A DNA stretch of 64,000 bases from Octopus sinensis (Eukaryota): assembly GCF_006345805.1 (NCBI RefSeq), contig NC_042998.1, positions 201,252,001-201,316,000 of the forward strand, in the 5' to 3' direction. Both the position numbers and the translations under genes were made by a program. Numbering within the stretch: position 1 is the first letter of the stretch; the number at the start of each line of letters is the position of its first letter. Below, in pieces: positions 39,184 through 52,860 of this stretch. Under the pieces are notes generated by a model, which did no database searches, had not been told where the DNA came from, and saw only the letters and a program-made list of their open reading frames with translations.

Positions 39184-39994
39184 ATATATTAATACAAGAA
39201 AACTAAAAAAACCTATTGTAGATAATTTGTGGACACTTTTATTTGTATCAAAATAAGAAGAAATAAATTTTGAATGAACATAAATTAACATAAAAATAAA
39301 AAGTGCCTACACACGTTTCAATCTAGTCGCTAGATAATCAATACTTCGGATCCGCAGGAATCGATCCTTATTAAGAGTTTCAGTGTAAAAAATAACACAA
39401 TGTGACCAGAAATTTTGAGCGCATCGTCGTGCATAATGTTAATGCTTACATATTTTTTCACAGCAATTCAACTTGGTGGTAAAACATACGAGATAAGATA
39501 CAAGATAAGATTGATGAGGACCACCTATTCTGATGTTAAGTGTCTAAGTAATGCAAACATTAAGTTGTTAGAAAGGTAAGAGAGTACGTCGTGGGGGTAA
39601 TGGGGTTAGTATTAGCTAATCAAACCTTTCTAAAAAGCTATTAGGGATTTGAGAAATAGACGATTATATGTTTTGAGGGACATTATGTAATCATTTAAGA
39701 AAATGCGAAGACGGTTCGGGGCTGTGAGGGACAGTATGTAATACATTGTGAAGATGTTATGTAAATACATTGAATTAAAGAAAAGAAAATGGATTGATAA
39801 GAAATAGGGAGAGATAAGAAAAATTAACAAAATGTAAATATAAAGAGAAATAAATTTGCTGGGGGAAAGAATAACGAAATGGAAATTTTATTGAATTGGA
39901 AGAAGCTAGAAAAAGTAATAACTGATTAGGAGTGTGTGATGTAACAAAAATATGAAAAATATAAAATATATATGTAATATAAAATATATATATA

Positions 39995-40397
39995 GGCGCA
40001 GAAGTGGCTGTGTGGTAAGTAGCTTGCTAACCAATCACATGGTTCCGGATTCAGTCCCACTGCATGGCATCTTGGGCAAGTGTCTTCTGCTATAGCCCCG
40101 GGCTGACCAATGCCTTGTGAATGGATTTGGTAGACGGAAACTGAAAGAAGACTGTCGTATATATGTATATATTATGTGTGTGTTTGTGTGTCTGTGTTTG
40201 TCCCTCTAGCATTGCTTGACAACCGATGCTGGTGTGATTACGTCCCCGTCACTTAGCGGTTCGGCAAAAAAGAGACCGATAGAACAAGTACTGGGCTTAC
40301 AAAGAATAAGTCCCGGCGTCGATTTGCTCGACTAAAGGCGGTGCTCCAGCATGGCCGCAGTCAAATGACTGAAACAAGTAAAAGAGTAAAAGAGAGT
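39995..40397 (+). mobile_element. SINE family A
   Basis: Colinear with 28548-28960. Confidence 0.95.
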
Positions 40398-40621
40398 AAT
40401 TTTTAATCTTTTAAATTGATGGCTAAGAAGGATTAACCTATATTGTTTACTTAGGTAATTCTAAAGTAGGGAATTAATTAAGGTTTACACGTAAAGAGGC
40501 TTCTATCTACACTAGATAAGCTCAATTAATTATGGAGAATATATAGGTAAAATAAAATTTAGAGATATAAATTTCTTTCGATTATGACAGACAAATTTTC
40601 GTTACTTATTCTAAAGAGAGT

Positions 40622-40639
40622 TTATTGTTGTCGTTATTT

Positions 40640-40708
<69 letters not shown>

Positions 40709-40775
40709 GTTGTTATTATCATTATTATTATTGTTATTATTATTGTTATTAATATCATCATCATCATCATCATCA

Positions 40776-40838
<63 letters not shown>
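40622..40838. repeat. (ATT)n/(ATC)n microsatellite
   Basis: Direct read. Confidence 0.97.
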
Positions 40839-40839
<1 letters not shown>

Positions 40840-41140
40840 GTAGCATTTCAATGCAGTGACAGATACATTGAATTATGCAGAAAAACTATTAGATGGATAA
40901 AAAAAATATATCATACTTACTCCTATATGAAATTTATAAATTTATGGATGATAAAGGGAATATATTAAGTAGATTTATTAAAAAGATCCTTACTTATTCT
41001 AAAATAAATGTTATATTCAAGAACAATGGGTTATGTCCCATTGTTTATCTGGTGGGGGGGGGGATGAATTACGATTAATTGACAGATGAAAAAAATTTTG
41101 AAAGCGGTGTGTGGGAACTATAAGTATAAATTGTGTCGTG

Positions 41141-41515
41141 GCACTCCGTCGGTTACGACGACCAGTGTTCCAGTTGATCCGATGAACGGAACAGTCTGCT
41201 TTTGCAATTAATGGGCAAGTGTTTGAGCACTCCGCAGACACGTGTACCTTTAACATAGTTCTCAGGGAGATTCTGCGTGACACAGTTTGTGAAAAGGCTG
41301 GCCTTTTGAAATACAGGTGCAACAGAAACAGGAAAAAAGAGTGAGAGAACATTATGGTGAAAGAGTACAGGATTCGCCACCACCCACTGCCGGATCCTCG
41401 TGTAACTTCGGGTGTTCTCGCTCAATAAATACTAACAACGCCCGCCCTAGGAATCGAAACCGCGATTTAACGACCACGAGTCTGCTACCATAACCACTGG
41501 ACCATTGTGCCTCCA
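41141..41515 (-). mobile_element. SINE family C, diverged
   Basis: Reverse complement aligns to 38796-39183. Confidence 0.88.
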
Positions 41516-41519
41516 CTAA

Positions 41520-41818
41520 AGGAGCATTCCCTCAGTTAAGACGATGTGAGTCCCAGGTGATACGATCGATGGAACAGTCTGCTCGTGAAATTAACGTGCA
41601 AGTGGCTGAGCATTCCACAGACACATGTACCTTTAACGTAGTTCTCAGGGAGATTCAGCGTGACACAGAGTGTGACAAGGATAGCCCTATGAAATACAGC
41701 TACTACTCCTTTTTGCCAGCTGAGTGAACTGGAGCAAGCGAAATAAGGTGTCTTGGTCAAGGACACAACACGTCACCCGGAACTGAACTCACGACGTTAC
41801 GATCGTTAGCCACGCGCC
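41520..41818 (-). mobile_element. Chimeric SINE family E: D-type head/CORE plus C-type tail
   Basis: gtgtccttgaccaagacacc..ccagttcactcagctg is followed by cttgtcacactctgtgtcacgctgaatctccctgagaactacgttaa. Confidence 0.82.
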
Positions 41819-42149
41819 TTCACATAAATTATGTGTATGGTATAGATGTATGTATACATGTAATTTTATGTACATATGTGAGTGAACTTATAATATTTAG
41901 CTGCAGGTTGAGTCTCAAATATTACTGATGTCATGGTATAAGTATATAATCCAAAAAATAAGACGATGGTAAAAATATGTTTAATAGTAGAATGTAGTGG
42001 TGATAAAAGAAATATCTTCAAATAGGTAAGTAATATTATTGTAGGTACATATAATTATATGAAATGTACTTTTAATGAAAGTGAAGCATACAGAAAATAT
42101 GAGTATAAATTGTGTGGATGATATAGATATATGTAAGGAAAAATTTGGC

Positions 42150-42296
42150 TTTGGGGTAAGTAGCTTGCTTACGAACCACATGGTTCCGGGTTCAGTCCCA
42201 CTGCGGGGCACCTCGGGTGTCTTCTACTATAGCCTCGGGCCGACCAAAGCCTTGTGAGTGGATTTGGTAGGCGGAAACTGAAAGAGGCCCGTCGTA

Positions 42297-42349
<53 letters not shown>

Positions 42350-42561
42350 GTTTGTGTGTATGTGTTTGTCTCCCCAACATCGCTTGCCAAGCGATGCTGG
42401 TGTGTTTACGTCTCCGTAACTTAGCGGTTCGGCAAAAGAGACCGATAGAATAAGTACTAGGCTTACAAAAAATAAGTCCTGGGGTCGATTTGCTCGACTA
42501 AAGGCGGTGCTCCCACATGGCTACAGTCAAATGACTGAAACAAGTAAAAGAGTAAAAGAGT
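42150..42561 (+). mobile_element. SINE family A
   Basis: Colinear with 28548-28960, 5' end slightly eroded. Confidence 0.93.
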
Positions 42562-43039
42562 ATATGTGAGTGAACGTATACTATTTAAGTACATGTAGAA
42601 TCTCGATTGTTGTTGATGCTATGGTATAAGAGGATGGTTTATGTGGAATATACATATATTGCAATTAACAATGATGGAGATATTATAAATGGCTGTATTA
42701 AGTTGACATAAATTGAGATTAGAATTTGGGATCAAATTTAAGTTTATTTAATTGTAGATTAAAGATTAAATATTAAAGTGTTAAATAATATTCTGGGAAT
42801 TAACATATTGGGTATAAATATATATCTAATAAAAAATGGTATAAAGAGTGGGTTACTAAATGATATATATAGGTAATATTTATCGTAGAATTGGAACATT
42901 AAAAGCAGGATTTATATGAAATATGTGATTAAGGTAGAATGTATGTTTAATCAGAAATGTTAGGTCTATATAGAATATATTAGAATATTTATCTCTGATG
43001 TATTATTATTTTGCGATAAAATATGTAGTGAATTATTTA

Positions 43040-43985
43040 CATTTAGAAAAATATATTTGTGTACATATAAGCATTGAGGAATTTTCTAGGATCTGTCATT
43101 TAAAAGTTTATGTTTAGAGAATAAGATGTTGTATGTTTCATCCAGGCAATGTAAACAGGTTTTCGCTGGTATTTTTTATGCTTGAGCGTTATTTAAAATT
43201 TTCCATGCTATAAGTTATTTTGTTCATTATTTTATCTCCAGTGAGAATGGGTAGACTTTGTATGATAATGTTGAACGTCTCACTGTTTCCTGGATTGTGT
43301 GTAGAGATATATGGAAGTACTTTTAGATATGGTGCTGTATTTCGGTTAACTTCATGTAATTCTCGTATGTCTATTTCCTTATTGGAAGCGCCATCCAACC
43401 AAAATGCAAATATATGGGAAACTACCACCTGTGTCATCTCTTGTGAAAGGTAGGAGAGTCCAGTTTGCTGGACATTGTTGTAGAGCTGAAAAAGAGGTAA
43501 TTTCTACTCTTCTCCTCTGGAAGCCATCTACTCGCAATACCAGAGGGCGCACACTCTCCTACCCTGATGTAATCTCCAGGGATACAGGCATCCAGCAACA
43601 AGACCTCCGTAATGCCATGATGGACCGTGAAGTCTGACGTAGCATGGTAAATTACATTGTCTCGACCACGGTCGAACAATGATGATGATGATTTCCTTTG
43701 TTCCTTGAATCCCATCATCTATTAATGATTTTGGGCAATGTTTCCTAATTAGTGTTGATTTTTAGTTCTCAGAGTCTTAATTCACAGGTATTGGTATACG
43801 AAACTATGGTCCAAATTCTTTCTGCTAGTTTATGAGTTATATTAATTTTTGTGTGCTTCTTGTGGCATGAGTTGAATAACAAGTAGTGATTATAGATGGA
43901 TTTATTCAATTGGGCTATTGAGCAATTTAGGTAAATAGAAAGATCTAAGAAAATTAAAGATAACTTCGTCAAAGACAATCCTAGA
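43040..43985 (-). pseudogene. Second PLE RT-thumb/linker remnant, interrupted by an RTE insertion
   Basis: FLDLSIY..YLLFNSCH..LAERIWTIVS..RL.ELK..PKSLIDDGI continues after the insertion as KEIDIRELH..LPYISTHNP..FNII.QSLPIL. Confidence 0.7.
43381..43690 (+). mobile_element. 5'-truncated RTE-clade LINE 3' end with 8-bp TSD
   Basis: HPTKMQIYGKLPPVS..RRVQFAGHC.R..AMMDREV. (GAT)n tail. TSD atttcctt at 43373-80 and 43691-98. Confidence 0.88.
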
Positions 43986-44199
43986 AATAACAAACAAATC
44001 ACTTGAAGAATGTCTATTTTATGGCGACAGTGGGGGTATATTAAGATGTCTTCCCATTACGGTAGCCATTCTTCAAGTGCAGTGTTTGTTATTTCAAGCT
44101 GACGAAGGTATCATTAATTTTCTTGGGTTTAAACCTCTCTGAATGACAATTACTTCAAATTGCCTCTTACATATATATATATGTACATAGGTGTATGTA

Positions 44200-44272
<73 letters not shown>

Positions 44273-44289
44273 TTATATATATTTATAAT

Positions 44290-44358
44290 TACCTGAAGAT
44301 TGACTGTAACCATAACTCGAATTATTACGAATTGGACAGCCATGAAACGATCGTAGTG
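44290..44358 (+). ncRNA. Type I hammerhead ribozyme motif (H7)
   Basis: tac-CTGAAGA-T-tgactgt...acagcca-T-GAAA-C-GATC-GTA^gtg. The downstream 44360-44490 resembles the pLTR beside H2. Confidence 0.75.
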
Positions 44359-44520
44359 TTTTACTCATTATCTTTTATTAAACTTTTAATACTTTTGATA
44401 TATATTTAAAATAATATAAATTAATTATTTTTATGTATTGGCTTAAGTTTTTCATTGTTTGATTTGCCTAATAGTGGTTTTATCTCTAATTTAATATAAT
44501 ATATATATATATATCTATAT

Positions 44521-44579
<59 letters not shown>

Positions 44580-44619
44580 TATATATATATGGATATGTAT
44601 GTATATGTGTGAATGTATA

Positions 44620-45330
44620 TATATACGTGATCGTGTGTGTATTTATACTCATAACATATCTTTATTATTGTGAAACTGTCTTCTGCGCGTGCATGCTTAT
44701 AGTTGGTAATATTGTGGTCACATGATCGAAGTTCGAGCCTGATCGCGTCATTTTTCGTTCTGCGTTTCCTGTGTAAGAATGGTAGCTCCACTAGCATTTT
44801 GCACCAAGGAAGAACAAAAGCAGAGATACGATTTCTCTGGAAAAGGAGTGTACGATCAACAGTGCAAGATACACAGATTTGCTAGTCAAGACACTGAAGT
44901 CATCAATTCACACAAAGCGCCGAAGCCTATTGTCGAAGTAAGTTTTATTGTTGCATGACAATGCACGCCCACAGACGGTTGAAACCCTCAAGCAACCGGG
45001 ATTTTCAGGAGTTGGAACAGCCTGACTACAGCCCGGGTCGTGCCACTTCCAACTATCCTTTCTTTGGACTGCTCAAAGATGGTTAACGAGATCGTCGATT
45101 TCCTACGGATGAAGACGTCAAGAAAGCAGTGCATTAATTGTTGCACGACCAACCGAAACTCTTCTTCTTCGAGGGAATAGGCCAGTCCATGGACCATTGG
45201 ACCAAGTGCACTGAAAATGATGGAGACTATATAAAAAAATTACGCAATTTTTTATCCCTTGCTTTTGTGTAAATACATTGAAAAAATAACAAGAGGGCGT
45301 ATACATTTTTGACCCCCCTCTCTCGTGTAT
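44620..45330 (+). mobile_element. Internally deleted mariner (DD34D) remnant
   Basis: N-terminus MVAPLAFCTKEEQ..IRFLW joined to TINSARY..LLHDNARP..DYSP..WTKCTENDGDY. TIRs are degenerate. Confidence 0.8.
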
Positions 45331-45334
45331 CGAT

Positions 45335-45646
45335 CTATCCGCTCAGTCGAAGTCGACTCTCGGTTACTCGTTGGATCAGTGTCCTCCAGTCAGTTCTATC
45401 CTAGGCCGCTTCTTTCAGATTGGCTATGTCCATTCCGGTATCACTCTTGATGGTGTCAAGCCAGCGGGTTCTTGGTCGGCCTCTTCTTCTCTTGTCACTG
45501 ACCATTCCGAGCATGACGTCCTTCTCCAGTGATTTTCTCCGCATAATATGACCAAAATATACCAATCTATGCTTGGTGATCCTAGCTTCTAGTGACATTT
45601 TCGGCCTGATCTGCTTAAGAAGTTTTCCATTGGTGAGCCTCGCTGT

Positions 45647-45650
<4 letters not shown>
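45335..45650 (-). mobile_element. BovB-like RTE LINE 3' fragment
   Basis: [54 protein letters not shown], similar to the BovB C-terminus as I recall it. Confidence 0.8.
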
Positions 45651-45920
<270 letters not shown>

Positions 45921-46724
45921 ATGCGAGTTATGTCTCATGATTTCTGGAAGATGTCATAAATTGAATTTCATTTATTCTTAGTCATCTATTTTAAAAATTA
46001 AATTGTGTAGTTATACCAATAAGCATCTCGCTAATTAATTTTAAATTGAGACGAGTAATCTTAATAAACTAAAGGAAATGCCCACGTATATTAATACGGA
46101 TTATTATCAGCAACACTTGGTATTAAAATATTTTTTCAGAGATGTAAATAAAATTAGTTCAGCTACACTTGTGGCTAAGGGAACCTTTAATATTATTCTA
46201 AAATATTGCTTTAGAGGAAATTGGATTATGGAACAAGAATTATTGCTTCATTCCAAAATCATTTATTAGAAAACTATATAAAGTTTTATTTGTTTTAAGG
46301 CCCCTGTCACTGTGTGCTTTATAAGCAAAGAACAAATGACATCTAGACATTATAGGTAAGAAATTTACTCAATACAGTTGTTGTTCAAAATTTATACAAT
46401 AGAAACTTTATAAACGTTATTACATTTCAGTATTAATATTTAATATATTTTATTAAGCAAATCAGCTGATGCGAAGTTTGATAGCAATAAAACTGAACAC
46501 TAGGAACATTCGTACAGATTCTCGGGCTTTCAGGTTATGTTTATTCCTAACATACATGTTTTGTATAACAATACATACATTGGAATTATTAAGGGTATAT
46601 TTAAGGAACGTTACCATAATGATTTATCCAGTATGCAGTGATAATTTTACAGCTATTTTCACGAATTGAAGGACAACTACTTTAATAATTTAATAAATTC
46701 ACCATTTGTCGGGGGCTGTGTTCC

Positions 46725-46978
46725 ACTCTATCCGATTTGCAGAACAGTCTGCTCGTGAAAATAAACGTGCAATATCAGAGATCTCCAAAGTCCTGCATAG
46801 CCTTGTGATATTTCCCAAGGAGAATAAACGTAATACAAAATAGGCGAAGACTAGACCTTCGTATTACATGTACAACTCAGATTGTCTGAAATAGCGTGAA
46901 ACGAAGTGCCTTGTGAAAGATTACAAAGCACTGCTGGGATTCGAACTCACAAGTTTAGGATCATGAGCTGAATACTTT
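46725..46978 (-). mobile_element. Old SINE family E-like copy
   Basis: aacagtctgctcgtgaaa matches the C/E tail, and gggattcgaactcacaa matches the head. Confidence 0.6.
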
Positions 46979-47133
46979 TCTCGCACCCTCCCGACAACAT
47001 AGATGACTGCTATGTTTGTAAATTAAAGATGATGCTTCTACATTATTACAATCCATTATAAGTGAAACGTTTTTAATACTTAGAAATATGCTATCGTAAA
47101 TAATCTCAACTCCCTGAAGGAAAGATTTGGAAT

Positions 47134-47548
47134 ACTCTTTTACTGGTTTCAGTCATTTTGACTGCGGCCATGCTGGAGCACCGCCTTTAGTCGAGCAAAT
47201 CGACCCCGGGACTTATTCCTTGTAAGCCCAGTACTTATTCTATCGCTCTCTTTTGCCGAACCGCTAAGTGACAGGGACGTAAACACACCAGCATCGATTG
47301 TCAAGCAATGCTAGGGGGACAAACATAGACACACAAACACACACATACATACATATATATATATATATAGATAGATAGATATATACGACAGGCTTTTTTC
47401 AGTTTCCCTCTACCAAATCCACTCACAAGGCATTGGTCGGCCCGGGGCTATAGCAGAAGACACTTGCCCAAGATGCCACGCAGTGGGACTGAATCCGGAA
47501 CCATGTGATTGGTTAGCAAGCTACTTACCACACAGCCACTCCTGCACC
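47134..47548 (-). mobile_element. SINE family A
   Basis: Reverse complement colinear with 28548-28960. Confidence 0.95.
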
Positions 47549-48808
47549 TTTTTTTAAACATTTAAATATACTTGATTTTGTAAATGTAAAGAAGTTTATA
47601 TTCCTGATAGATCCAATGAGCAGAAGCTGCAAATTTCTCAAAAATTGCATCCCATGAATTTATAATTTGCTTCACGTTGATCGTATGCTTTAGCCTGCTA
47701 ATTTTACAATTTTGGTTTTACATTATAACTTATTACAGGAATTTCTCCACCAGATTTTCTCTATTCTCTTACTTTGTATAATAAGTACAGCGTGGAAGAC
47801 ATTATATTAACTTTCCAAAAATACAAAACAAATGTTTATTTCACGTCAACATTATTTTGTACAAAATCTTCGTTGCACCAAGTGCGACCTTGTCACTGAC
47901 GTGGTCTCACTTCATTTACTTCGTGGAGAGGTTGTTGGTTGGCACATATATTTCTTGGGATAAATTTTTAGTGATATGTAATGTTTTCTGAAGCGATGTT
48001 GTTGCATATGTGTTATATTCCTTAAGCAATAAATAACAGAACTCTTCGTGTTTTTGAAAGCCTGGTTGAAGCTATCGGAATTGCGGAGGGGTATAGTTTT
48101 AGTTCTTCTTGTCAATATGCATAGCAATGCGTGTCTGTATTTCTACATTGAGCCAATTATATTTTCACTAGCCTGAATGTTTTTCATGCTCAGATGCCCC
48201 ATGTGTGCAAAAAATATATACAATTTTCTATCCTCAGGTTCAGGTATTTGCTTTTCAGGTGTGATGTGAATATGCCTTTGGCTTAGCATGTTTATCATTT
48301 ACTCAAGTCGCTGTGAGATGGGTTGCACCTGTCATTTAAAAGTTTGACTACCTTATGGCATTATCGTAACCTGCTTCTATATTTCAATAAGTACTTGAGC
48401 GCTTACGATTTTAGGTCAAGCAATAATTTTAAATATTCATATTCAAAATGGAAACCGGTGTGTGTGTGTGTGTATGTGCGTGCGTACGTACCTGCGTGAG
48501 CGTGCATGCATATGTATAAGTACGTAGATATGCCCTGACGTATGAGCGTAAGAGTGTCTCTATGTACTCATTCTGTGAATAACGCTTTTCCGAATGGTAA
48601 GATGTTCGCTTCTCACTCAAAATGTGTAGCACCTTGGTATGCAGGAATTAACACGACCTCGGATAGCGATGGCGATTCTGAGTGAAATTGAGGAAACGGA
48701 AACCAGAAAGTCATTAACTGCATTGAACATGTAATTCAAACGCCATGAATGCAATATAAGATACTGCACATCATATATATATATATATATATAATATATA
48801 TATATATA

Positions 48809-48965
48809 CTTTATTTAAAGCAGCACAAAATTCAACAAAACCTGTTACTCTGAGTTTCCCGTTACCGTTCATCGGACAGTTTTTGCTAGAAAAACTGTCC
48901 GATGAACGGCAACGGGAAACTCAGAGTAACAGGTTTTGTTGAATTTTCTGCTACTTTAAATAAAG
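48809..48965. repeat. Near-perfect 157-bp palindrome (76-bp arms, 3 mismatches, 5-nt spacer)
   Basis: Arms 48809-48884 and 48890-48965 compared base by base. Confidence 0.97.
48890..48937 (+). ncRNA. Variant hammerhead motif (H8), mirrored at 48837-48884 (-)
   Basis: aaaa(a)ctgt-CCGATGA-a-cg-GCAA-cg-g-GAAA-CT-cag-AG-TA^acag(g)tttt. U4C core variant, GNRA-capped 2-bp stem II, stem I 4+4 bp. Confidence 0.7.
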
Positions 48966-49034
48966 CATATTACTCTACCACTGGTATTTGAGTACTCGTT
49001 TTTCCACCTTGTTTCACATTTATGTGTTTACTCC

Positions 49035-49075
<41 letters not shown>

Positions 49076-49769
49076 TGCCAACGAATTAGTTTAAAGTGTA
49101 TTTTTACGTGGAAAGCTCTGTCTTTTGCATACATATTCAATGTGCAATAATGTTGTTTTGCTTGATCAATTGTAACGAAACAGACAGAGATGCATAATTT
49201 TTTCTTTTGCCTGTATATATGCAAATGGACGTTTACAGTTTTTATTTTTATCTCTGCTTGTGTATTCGTATATTCAACTAGTTATATATATTCAGTGCTA
49301 ACAAATGGTAAAACATTTCTATAATGCAGTGATACAGAAAACCGTAGTGCCACCATTTTTGTCGGTTTTCCAATAAGTAATTATATTTATTATTGGTAAT
49401 GCTGATACACCGATGTGGAATTATAAATTATTTGATAAAATTGTTGCGAATGAAGCATATATACTGCACAGTGTCTTCAATAAGAAGCCCTAATTAATAT
49501 AATTAATCTTAGCGGTTATTTATTCACAAGCTAATTTGCAAATAGGATGTATAATGTATTCTTTCCCTCTAGGTAACTAAAATAGCTGAGTCTGAGAAAT
49601 GCAAGATTTTCTTCTCATTATCAACGAAAGAAATGCTGACCACGAATAATTTCATTCGAATTCATTATTTTCGCATATATTTTGCTGCTGGTTCTTAATG
49701 AATATAAATTACCATTTCAACTGCTAATAGTTTTAATGACTTTTCAATGCACTTACTTCTCTGTTCGCC

Positions 49770-49950
49770 GATTCTTCTTCTTCTTCTTCTTCTTCTTCTT
49801 CTTCTTCTTCTTCTTCTTCTTCTTCTTCTTCTTCTTCTTCTTCTTCTCCTTCTTTAATTTTACCTCTTTATTCTACTTCTGTTCTATCTTGTTCCCGTAG
49901 ATGCTGTTGTTGTTGTTGTTGTTCTTCTTCTTCTTCTTCTTCTTTCTTCT

Positions 49951-49981
<31 letters not shown>

Positions 49982-50037
49982 AATCTTCTTCCTCTGGTTC
50001 CTCTTTTTCTTTTTCTTCTTCTGATTATTATTATTAA

Positions 50038-50130
<93 letters not shown>

Positions 50131-50146
50131 ATCATTATTATTATTA

Positions 50147-50183
<37 letters not shown>

Positions 50184-50260
50184 CATCATTATTGATGTTG
50201 TTCTTTTTGTTGTTCTTGTTGTTCTTGTTGTTATTATTATCAATGCTATTAATGTTGTTG
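49770..50260. repeat. (TTC)n, (TTG)n, (ATT)n compound arrays
   Basis: Direct read. Confidence 0.95.
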
Positions 50261-51884
50261 TGTTGCGTTTGCAATAGTTGCTATCGATATTAAGGTTAAT
50301 TTTTTTTTTTTAACTGTTATTTGTATTGGTTGTCTGAAGTATTTTTTAGTCTTTTTCAATGAAGACCAGGTAATTTGTCAAATTTTTCACATGTATGCAA
50401 ATATGCTTTGCATATGCGTGTTAGTACATATTAAATTCACGGCAGAATCTTCATTGCGCGGAAATACTTTCCTTCGCATTTTCATCCTTCTTTTTCTCAC
50501 TCGTTAATTACACTATAATCTCTCGATCTTTCATTTGCTCATGTAATACACCCACACAAACAGAGAAACAAGCACACGCACACACATACGCGCACAAGCA
50601 CACACACTCACACTCACTCTCTTTCTCGCTCTCTCTCTATCTCAAACACACACATATATGCAGAGAGAGTATGGATCTTGATAGACCTATATAGACACAC
50701 ACATACATAAATGTACATGAGTGTCATACATATATATATATATATATACACACACATATATATACACATACAAATATATAAATTCAATTGATATAGACAC
50801 CATATAACCATATATATATATAGGTATGTATGTGTGTGTGCGCGCGTGTACGTATGTACACATATATACATACACACGAATCCCTCGCGTTGCGGCATAA
50901 TTCACACCCTTCAAATCTTAACATATAGCGAAGTCACATAATGCAAATTTTGTTATGCATGAAATCTATTTCTAAACATATAATACTTATATGCACATAA
51001 AAAGGAAACGTTTGACGAAAAATACCATAGGTTATTAATAGAGAGCATAACAAGGTAATGTTGTATGTTAATGCCGCAAAATATGCTCGCCACCGTTTCA
51101 AGAGAGTTGTGACAGTTAATGACAGGTTAAAAGAGTCTAATATCTACCTTATAGGTCATCAACAACAACATGTACTTGACGGTTCAAGAATTTATACAAA
51201 ATTCTTTAATATTTATAACATCCTGTCCTTGTAATACTGAGAGGACGTACATAACTCACTGTTAAATTATCTTTAAATTTTTGATACTTTCTGCTTGTTG
51301 AAAACTTTTACACTCACGGATGCATTCTGGTCATATATTTTCCATGTAACATTCAAAGTAGAGCGAATCGCTTCATCCTATGCACCAGCTGGTTTATTCT
51401 AAGAAAAAGCTATGTTTATTTTCCTTCAGAATAGTATAACTGTAGTGTGATCATATCTGACAATTGCTTTCATAAGTTATTTGAATGTTCTTCTCAGGAG
51501 ACATTGCATTGAAATTGGCTATCACATCTTTAACCTTTGTATGGAGCAAATAAAATGTACTTTCTCAGGTATGCGTTCAACTCGTGCAACACAAGAAAGC
51601 TCATATACCTTTACAGGGCTGCTTAGTTTATCGTTTAAAATGGGCATTTTCTTGTTTGATTAGCACTGTTCTTTTCCACAACTGGACGAAAACTTTTCGA
51701 ATCCCTCTTCGAAAAGACTCTTTGACATCCATCCCTTTTTTACAGGTATGGCGTACATCGGTTATATATATTAATGGGCTACTGAATTCTTTTTTTTTTA
51801 TGCATGACTGTTCACTGTTCATATTACCATGATTTTTATCCTGGTCATAAGATACCCTGTAAAGGAGCATTCTCAGCAGTTAGA

Positions 51885-52115
51885 GATTCAGGCTCACAAT
51901 CGTAAGATAGTAAGTTCAATTCCTGGACCGGGTTGTGTTGTGTTATTGAGCAAGACACTTTATTTCACATATTCCAGTTCACGCAGTTGTAGGAATTAGT
52001 TGCAGTATCACGGATGCCAAACTGTATCGGTCTTCGCCTTTCCCATGGATAACATTTGTGGCGTTACCAATATCTATAAACAAACATGCGCAGTCTTGTG
52101 CCTCGGATGGTAAAT
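51885..52115 (+). mobile_element. Diverged SINE family D
   Basis: gttcaattcctggaccggg..ttgagcaagacactttatttcac..gccaaactgtatcggtcttcgcc. Confidence 0.75.
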
Positions 52116-52445
52116 GTCTAGGAGCAATCCCATTGTCCGAAATCCCATGACCGAAACAAGTCTTTATCTTTCACCATTTAAAATACCTTGAAATATTTTT
52201 GTATTCACCATTCATCGAGAGAATATATGGTCCGTACTTAGAATGAAAAGCCATGTCTTAGGATACCATTTTTCCTGTATATTATTTATATATTTTACAG
52301 TGTAACCCAGAATACAATGAATTAGACGTTGTTCTCTACAACATCCGTTTGTATTCTGTAAATCCGGAGTTGCATTATCCTAAGTACTTTTTCAACAAAC
52401 ATTCCCGCCACTTCCACACCAAGATCTTTCCTAGTGTAATATACC

Positions 52446-52860
52446 TATTTCTTTACTACCCACAAGGGGCTAAACACAGAGAAGACATACAAGGACAGAC
52501 AAACGGATAAAGTCGATTACATCGACCCCAGTGCGTAACTGGTACTTAATTTCTCGACCCCGAAAGGATGAAAGGCAAAGTCGACCTCGGCGGAATTTGA
52601 ACTCAGAACGTAGCGGCAGACGAAATACCTATTTCTTTACTACCCACAAGGGGTAAACACAGAGAAGACATACAAGGACAGACAAACGGATTAAGTCGAT
52701 TACATCGACCCCAGTGCGAAACTGGTACTTAATTTCTCGACCCCGAAATGATGAAAGGCAAAGACGACCTCGGCGGAATTTGAACTCAGAACGTAACGGC
52801 AGACGAAATACGGCTACGCATTTCGTCCGGCGTGCTAACGATTCTGCCAACTCGCCGCCT
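52446..52860 (-). mobile_element. Dimeric SINE family B with 17-bp TSD
   Basis: TSD tcctagtgtaatatacc at 52429-45 and 52861-77. Internal junction identical to the 22.6-kb dimer. Confidence 0.93.
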
